A DNA stretch of 64,000 bases from Candidatus Sericytochromatia bacterium (lineage in GTDB: Bacteria; Cyanobacteriota; Sericytochromatia; S15B-MN24; UBA4093). The position numbers and the translations under genes are program-made. The stretch spans positions 64,001-128,000 of the forward strand of contig JAKFBU010000038.1 in NCBI GenBank assembly GCA_036676985.1, in the 5' to 3' direction. Positions 58,330 through 64,000 of the stretch are shown here, piece after piece (within the stretch, counting starts at the first letter, position 1; each line of letters begins with the position of its first letter). The notes beneath the pieces were generated by a model, which had not been told where the DNA came from, did no database searches, and saw nothing but the letters and a program-made list of their open reading frames with translations.

Positions 58330-60918
58330 GTGTCGCTCACGGGAAACGAGATTCGAGACAAGTTCATCCAGTTCTTCAAGGACAAGGGCCACGCCCACCT
58401 GCCCAGCTCCAGCCTGGTGCCGAAGAACGACCCCACGGTCCTCTTGACCACCGCGGGCATGCTGCAGTTCAAGCCCATCTTCATGGGCACCGAGCCCGCG
58501 CCCACTCCCCCGCGCGCGGTCACGGTCCAGAAGTGCTTCCGCACGACCGACCTCGACAACGTGGGCAAGACGGCCCGCCACCACACCTTCTTCCAGATGC
58601 TCGGCAACTTCTCGTTCGGCGACTACTTCAAGGCGGGCGCCATCGCCCATGCCTGGGAGTTCCTGACGGGCGTGCTCGCCCTGCCCAAGGAGAAGCTGTG
58701 GGTCTCGGTGTTCGAGACCGATGAGGAGGCGATCGCCATCTGGCGCGACCAGATCGGCGTGCCCGCCGACCGCATCGTGCGCATGGGCGAGGACTCCAAC
58801 TTCTGGGCGGCGGGTCCCACCGGCCCCTGCGGCCCCTGCTCGGAGATCTACTACGACATGGGCGTCGAGCGCGGCAACGGCAACGCGGACGCCATCCTGG
58901 GCGAGGACGACGATCGCTACCTCGAGGTCTGGAACCTGGTCTTCATGGAGTTCAACCGGGACGAGGCGGGCCAGCTGACGCCCTTGCCCAAGAAGAACAT
59001 CGACACGGGCATGGGCCTCGAGCGCATCGCCTCGGTCATCCAGGGCGTGCCCTCCAACTACGACACGGACCTCCTGATGCCCATCATGGAGCAGGCGGCG
59101 CAGCTTGCCGGCATCCGCTACGGCCAGGACGCCCAGAAGGACGTCTCCCTCAAGCTCATCGCCGACCACGTGCGCGGGGCGGTCTTCCTCATCGGCGACG
59201 GCGTGGTGCCCTCCAACGAGGGCCGCGGCTACGTGCTGCGCCGCATCATGCGCCGGGCCATCCGCCACGGCAAGCTGATCGGCGTGCAGCAGACCTTCCT
59301 GCATGAGCTGGGCGAGGTCATCATCCGCCACTACTCCTACTACCCCGAGCTGCCTGCCCAGCGCGAGTTCATCCTCGAGAGCCTCAAGGCCGAAGAGGGT
59401 CGCTTCAACCAGACCATCGACCGCGGCACCCAGCTGCTCCAGAACGCCTTCGACACCTTCGGGGCGGACAACAAGGTCGTGCCCGGCGAGACCGCCTTCG
59501 AGCTCTACGACACCTACGGCTTCCCGTTCGAGCTGACGGTCGAGCTTGCGGCCGAGAAGGGCTTCACGGTGGACGAGACCGGCTTCCATGCGGCCATGGA
59601 CGTCCAGCGCGAGCGGGCCCGCGCGGCCCGCGGCGAGGTCAGCTACCAGGCGCTCGAGATCCAGACCAAGGAGGCCACCCCCTTCAAGGGCTACACCTCG
59701 TGCGAGGAGTCGGCCGTGGTCAAGGAGGTCTTCACGGACAAGGGCGGCCGCACGGGCGTGGTGCTCGATCACACCCCCTTCTACGCCGAATCGGGCGGTC
59801 AGGTGGGTGACCAGGGCACGATCGGCTCGGCGCGGGTCGTGGACACCCAGAAGATGGGCGCCACCATCGTCCACTTCCTGGAGGCGGGCACGCCCGCTCC
59901 CCAGGTGGGCGACACCGTCGCGGCCCGGGTGGACCTCGAGCTGCGCCAGAGCACCATGCGCCACCACACGGCGACCCACCTCCTGCACGCGGCCCTCAAG
60001 CAGGTGCTGGGCCCCCAGGTCAACCAGGCGGGCTCCTTGGTGGGCCCCGCGGAGCTGCGCTTCGACTTCACGTTCGCGCGGGCCGTGACGCCCGAGGAGC
60101 TCACGAAGGTCGAGGATCTGGTCAACGCCCAGATCTTCGCGAACCGGACGGTGGCGCACGTCGAGATGGCGCTCGCCGACGCTCAGGCCTCGGGGGCCAT
60201 GGCCCTCTTCGGTGAGAAGTACGGCGACACCGTGCGCGTGATCGACGTGCCGGGCTTCAGCAAGGAGCTGTGCGGCGGCACGCACGTGACGGCGACGGGC
60301 ACCATCGGGACCTTCAAGGTGGTCCGCGAGGAGGGCATCGCCGCGGGCATCCGCCGCATCACGGGCGTTGCGGGCAAGGCGGCCCTCGACTACTTCCGCA
60401 TGCAGGCCGAGGCGGTGGCCCAGGCGGGCAGCCTCCTCAAGGCCTCGGCCGAAGAGCTGCCCGAGCGCATCGAGAAGCTGCAGGAGAAGATCAAGGCGAG
60501 CGACAACGAGATCAAGGAGCTGCGCACCCGCCTGGCGGTGGCGCAGACCGAGAGCCTCCTGGAGCACGCCATGGCGCTCGGCGCCCACAAGCTCATCGCG
60601 GCGGTGGTGACCAACATGGGCCCCGAGGCCCTCAAGGGTGCTTCCGAGCACCTCAAGAACAAGCTGAAGTCGGGCGTGGTGGTGCTCGCGAGCGTCGAGG
60701 AGGGCAAGGTCTCGGTGGTGGCGACCGCCTCGGACGACCTCGTCAAGGAAGGCGCGCACGCCGGCAAGCTGATCGGCTCGATCATGGGTCTGGTGGGCGG
60801 CAAGGGCGGCGGCAAGCCGCAGGTCGCCCAGGGCGGTGGCGGTGAGCCCGGCAAGCTGGGCGAGGCGATCGCCCAGGTGCCCGACCTGGTCAAGCAGCAG
60901 CTGCCCGTCAAGGCGTAG
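58330..60918 (+). CDS. alaS: Alanine--tRNA ligase
   Basis: RHHTFFQMLGNFS, GPCGPCSEI, DTGMGLER, editing motifs HTATH and ELCGGTH, GGKGGG. GTG start after GAGAGG. Confidence 0.97.
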   Translation: MSLTGNEIRDKFIQFFKDKGHAHLPSSSLVPKNDPTVLLTTAGMLQFKPIFMGTEPAPTPPRAVTVQKCFRTTDLDNVGKTARHHTFFQMLGNFSFGDYFKAGAIAHAWEFLTGVLALPKEKLWVSVFETDEEAIAIWRDQIGVPADRIVRMGEDSNFWAAGPTGPCGPCSEIYYDMGVERGNGNADAILGEDDDRYLEVWNLVFMEFNRDEAGQLTPLPKKNIDTGMGLERIASVIQGVPSNYDTDLLMPIMEQAAQLAGIRYGQDAQKDVSLKLIADHVRGAVFLIGDGVVPSNEGRGYVLRRIMRRAIRHGKLIGVQQTFLHELGEVIIRHYSYYPELPAQREFILESLKAEEGRFNQTIDRGTQLLQNAFDTFGADNKVVPGETAFELYDTYGFPFELTVELAAEKGFTVDETGFHAAMDVQRERARAARGEVSYQALEIQTKEATPFKGYTSCEESAVVKEVFTDKGGRTGVVLDHTPFYAESGGQVGDQGTIGSARVVDTQKMGATIVHFLEAGTPAPQVGDTVAARVDLELRQSTMRHHTATHLLHAALKQVLGPQVNQAGSLVGPAELRFDFTFARAVTPEELTKVEDLVNAQIFANRTVAHVEMALADAQASGAMALFGEKYGDTVRVIDVPGFSKELCGGTHVTATGTIGTFKVVREEGIAAGIRRITGVAGKAALDYFRMQAEAVAQAGSLLKASAEELPERIEKLQEKIKASDNEIKELRTRLAVAQTESLLEHAMALGAHKLIAAVVTNMGPEALKGASEHLKNKLKSGVVVLASVEEGKVSVVATASDDLVKEGAHAGKLIGSIMGLVGGKGGGKPQVAQGGGGEPGKLGEAIAQVPDLVKQQLPVKA

Positions 60919-60927
60919 CTTGAACCA

Positions 60928-60960
60928 GAAGGCCCGGTACCGATTCGGTACCGGGCCTTC
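60928..60960. terminator. Hairpin between convergent alaS and murI
   Basis: gaaggcccggtaccg-att-cggtaccgggccttc. Confidence 0.75.
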
Positions 60961-60979
60961 GTCTTGCTTGGAAGAGGGG

Positions 60980-61795
60980 TTAGAGGGCGATGGGCAGGGC
61001 GTTCGCCACCGGCACGTGCTCGACGGCGGGCACCACGTCGCCCAACAGCAGGTGCGCCTGCTGATAGAACGTGATGGGATCGCCGCTCACGAGCATGCGG
61101 TGCCGCGGGATGGCCTGATCGGCCAGCAGGTCGTGGGCGGCGAGGATATCGCCCAGGACGCGCACGGCCTCCTCGGCCGGATCCACCAAGCGCACGCTCG
61201 GCCCCAGGATGTCGGAGATGACCTGGCGGACGAACGGGTAGTGCGTGCACCCCAGGATCAGCGTGTCCAGCTTGGCATCCAGCAGGGGGGCCAGGCTCTC
61301 GAAGACGATGGCCTCGGCCTTGGGGCCCTCCCAGAGGCCCGACTCGATCATGGGCACCAGCTGCGGACAGGCCGTGGGGAAGACCTGGCAGGCCACGTCC
61401 AGGTCCTCGATGGCGCGCACGTGGGCGCGGCTGCGGATGGTGGCCTCGGTGGCGATGACGCCGATGCGCTGGCCGCCCTCGACCGCCGCGCGGGCGCCGG
61501 CCTCGATGAGCCCGATGATGGGCACGGGACACTCGGCGTCGAGCACGGGCAGCGCCACGGCGCTACTGGTGTTGCAGGCGACGACCACGGCCTTGACGCC
61601 GGATTGCAGGAGCAGATCGAGGATCTCGCGGTTGAAGGCGAGCAGCTCCTCGGGGCTGCGGCCTCCGTAGGGAACGCGCGCGGTGTCCCCGATGTAGGTG
61701 TGCGACTCATGCGGAAGCTGGCGCAGGACTTCGCGTACGACGCTCAGTCCGCCCAGTCCCGAGTCATAGAGTCCAATCGGCGCATTGGAAGGCAA
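60980..61795 (-). CDS. murI: Glutamate racemase
   Basis: DSGLGGLSV, VPYG, ACNT, GCTHYP. Start uncertain; TTG 61795 chosen. Confidence 0.93.
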   Translation of the reverse strand: MPSNAPIGLYDSGLGGLSVVREVLRQLPHESHTYIGDTARVPYGGRSPEELLAFNREILDLLLQSGVKAVVVACNTSSAVALPVLDAECPVPIIGLIEAGARAAVEGGQRIGVIATEATIRSRAHVRAIEDLDVACQVFPTACPQLVPMIESGLWEGPKAEAIVFESLAPLLDAKLDTLILGCTHYPFVRQVISDILGPSVRLVDPAEEAVRVLGDILAAHDLLADQAIPRHRMLVSGDPITFYQQAHLLLGDVVPAVEHVPVANALPIAL

Positions 61796-61939
61796 TCCGG
61801 TCGTGACCTCGTGTTTGATGTCGTGTGCCCGGCGAGAAGGCGACCTCGGTGTCCTCGACTCACTCAGCCGAACGCCAGGCACTATAAGGCAGATACGTCC
61901 ATCTTAACATCCCCGACCGTACCGTGCCACCGGGCTTAA

Positions 61940-62017
61940 GAGCCCCTGACAAAACCAAGCATGTGTCGACTTTTGCCGCCATTCGGCGGCTGTTAGGAAC
62001 CGTTTCGTGAGGCGCTC
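61940..62017. mobile_element. 78-bp MITE/REP-like element, copy 2 (intergenic)
   Basis: Ungapped hand alignment gives 63/78 identity to the reverse complement of 45856-45933; TAA/TTA flanks. Confidence 0.8.
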
Positions 62018-62034
62018 TTACGACGCTACATTGC

Positions 62035-62063
62035 TTGAAACAAAGCGCAAAGTGGGTTAAGAT
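62035..62063 (+). promoter_or_regulatory. Putative sigma70 promoter for the GGDEF-holB genes
   Basis: TTGAAA-17 nt-TAAGAT. Confidence 0.5.
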
Positions 62064-62189
62064 TCTGGAAACTCGGGCAGCCTATCGTTTTTAGGTGGCT
62101 TACTCGTCCCAAAGCCGATGGTGGCCTGTTCATAGCCGAAATCGTACTAGATGCGACCCCTTAATCGCGGCCGCCAGTTGGAGGAGTCG

Positions 62190-63143
62190 ATGGAAACGCT
62201 GACCACGCTATCGCAAGAGGATCTGCAACGCCTCGTGGCCGTCGCGAGCAAGATCCCCCCGGCCACCAACTGGGAGTACGTCCACACGGGGCTGCGCGAG
62301 GCCCTGGCCCAGAACGCGCCCGGCGTGGAGCTCGCCCTCTGGTGGCCGGCCCCCGAAGGCCTCGTCGCCCTCACGCCCAAGGCGCAGGACGTGTTCGAGG
62401 CCTACACCTCCCAGCATGAGGTCGAGGACATCGCGCAGGAGGCCAACGAGTTCACGGCGATTCCTCCCGGTTACCGCCAGGCCATCGTCGCCAACCGTCA
62501 GGTCTTCGGTCAGCTCCTCATCGCCGGCGACAAGAGCCGCGAGGACTTCCTGAAGAGCCTCGCCGGTCTCATCGCCTCGCCCGTCGGCCTGATGGCCCTC
62601 GGCGTGCAACTGGGTGAAGAGGTCTCCAAGCGCACCTCCACCGACAAGCTCACGGGCCTCTGGAACCGCCAGTACTTCAACGAGCGCTTCCGCGAAGAGT
62701 GCGAGCGTCTCGTCCGCTCCAAGGAGACGGGGTCGGTGGCGATCGCGAGCCTCGACAACTTCGCGGCCCTCGCCCGCACCATGGCCCCCGAGGAGCAGAA
62801 CGCCCTCTTCGCCCAGGTCGGCCAGGCCGTTCGCCAGGTCATCCGTCAGACGGACTGGGGCGTGCGCTGGGACAACTACGACCTGCTCTTCTACTTCCCG
62901 TCCACCTCGGCCGAGGCCGCGGTCGAGGTCCTCAAGCGCTTCGCGCGCAAGATGGTCTCCATCTCGCCCATCCTCGAGCCGCTGGCGGGCGTGAGCTCCA
63001 CGGTGGAGACCACGAGCCCCCGTGCCCTCATCCAGCTCGCCACCCGGCGCCTGGATCTGGCCCGCAAGGACGGCGGCCGGCGGGTCATCTGCTTCGCGAC
63101 CCCGGGCGGCGGCCTCCAGTTCTTCCGCGAGACGGAAGCCTAG
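62190..63143 (+). CDS. GAF-like + degenerate GGDEF-domain protein
   Basis: TDKLTGLWNRQYF, LDNF, IRQTD..VRWDNYDL (no GGDEF signature), ARKDGG. GGAGGAG RBS. Confidence 0.8.
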   Translation: METLTTLSQEDLQRLVAVASKIPPATNWEYVHTGLREALAQNAPGVELALWWPAPEGLVALTPKAQDVFEAYTSQHEVEDIAQEANEFTAIPPGYRQAIVANRQVFGQLLIAGDKSREDFLKSLAGLIASPVGLMALGVQLGEEVSKRTSTDKLTGLWNRQYFNERFREECERLVRSKETGSVAIASLDNFAALARTMAPEEQNALFAQVGQAVRQVIRQTDWGVRWDNYDLLFYFPSTSAEAAVEVLKRFARKMVSISPILEPLAGVSSTVETTSPRALIQLATRRLDLARKDGGRRVICFATPGGGLQFFRETEA

Positions 63144-63185
63144 CCCCCGAGCCGGCCCTGGCCGGCCGATCCTGAAGGACCCAAC

Positions 63186-64000
63186 GTGTCTGGCGTCTTG
63201 AACCGAATCGTTGGTCAACCGAGGGCCGTGCGCTTCTTGCGCGCGGCCCTCGCGCAGCCTTCCCATGCCTACCTGTTCGTGGGGCCGCCGCACGTGGGCA
63301 AGACCGCCACGGCCCTCGCGTTCGCCCAGGCCCTCAACTGCGAGCGTCGCACGCCGCCCCAGGCGGGTGCCTCGCTCTTCGGCGACATGACCGCTCCCGC
63401 GGAGCCGGACGGCTGCGGCGAGTGCCTGGAGTGCCGCTCCATCGAGCACTCCAACCACCCGGACGTGCGCTTCGTCGAGCCGAGCGAGGGCAAGAAGGTC
63501 TTCTCGGTCGAGGACGTCCGCAAGCTCGTCGAGGAGGTCGGCTGGAAGGCCTACCGCGCCCGCCACAAGGTCTACGTCATCCCCAACGAGCTCCTGAACC
63601 TCCAGGGCGCCAACACCTTGCTCAAGACCATCGAGGAGCCGCAAGCGGGCACCACGCTCATCCTGACGGCCAACAGTCTCGACCATGTCCTGCCGACCCT
63701 CGTCTCGCGCTGTCAGCCCGTCTCCTTCGGGCCGGTGACCAGCGAGAACATCGCCGGGTGGCTTCAGTCCGAGCACGGAGCGGATGCCGAGCGCGCCCGC
63801 GTCCTCGCCCGGGTCTCCGATGGCCGCATCGGCTGGGCGGCGAAATTCGCCCAGGAAGGGGAGCTGCCCGAGCCGCAGCTCCTTTCGGTGGAGTCCTATG
63901 CCGACACCCTCAAGGAGGCCGAGCGCCTCGCGGCGGAGGATGCCGACACCCAGCAGGTGGCCCTCGAATCGCTGATCGCCCAGGTTCGTGATATCATGGT
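63186..64000 (+). CDS. holB: DNA polymerase III delta' subunit, partial
   Basis: Hand translation: IVGQPRAV, HAYLFVGPPHVGK, LNCE, CGECLECR, HPDV, ANTLLKTIEEP, LPTLVSRCQ. Confidence 0.9.
   Translation, partial: MSGVLNRIVGQPRAVRFLRAALAQPSHAYLFVGPPHVGKTATALAFAQALNCERRTPPQAGASLFGDMTAPAEPDGCGECLECRSIEHSNHPDVRFVEPSEGKKVFSVEDVRKLVEEVGWKAYRARHKVYVIPNELLNLQGANTLLKTIEEPQAGTTLILTANSLDHVLPTLVSRCQPVSFGPVTSENIAGWLQSEHGADAERARVLARVSDGRIGWAAKFAQEGELPEPQLLSVESYADTLKEAERLAAEDADTQQVALESLIAQVRDIM

Overview
A GC-rich (roughly 70% by eye) bacterial chromosome segment, mostly housekeeping genes. These include valS, rnhA, tig-clpP-clpX and lon, surE, nnr, acs, transaldolase, an IscS-type desulfurase, alaS, murI, a partial holB and tRNA-Pro(CGG). 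The left edge holds the start of an alternative complex III/Qrc-like operon. The cyanobacteria-like housekeeping proteins together with ACIII suggest a non-photosynthetic cyanobacterial relative such as Sericytochromatia; this is inference and was not tested. No transposase, integrase, prophage or CRISPR array was seen. The most interesting items are: (1) a tightly linked five-gene peptide-ligase/hydrolase operon (circularly permuted ATP-grasp, YbdK/GCS2, aminopeptidase, esterase, RimK-like ATP-grasp) with a structured leader and an unknown product; (2) two tandem bifunctional peptidoglycan hydrolases with parallel architecture and no signal peptide; (3) a 78-bp MITE-like element in two copies, one inserted in frame in the phnD signal peptide; (4) a synonymous-only duplicate of the last 12 codons of phnD with its own RBS; (5) a PRTase/erythromycin-esterase/Prs/DUF5335/hydrolase cluster; and (6) a roughly 155-nt structured intergenic RNA candidate. 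All family assignments come from motif recognition by eye; no database searches were run.
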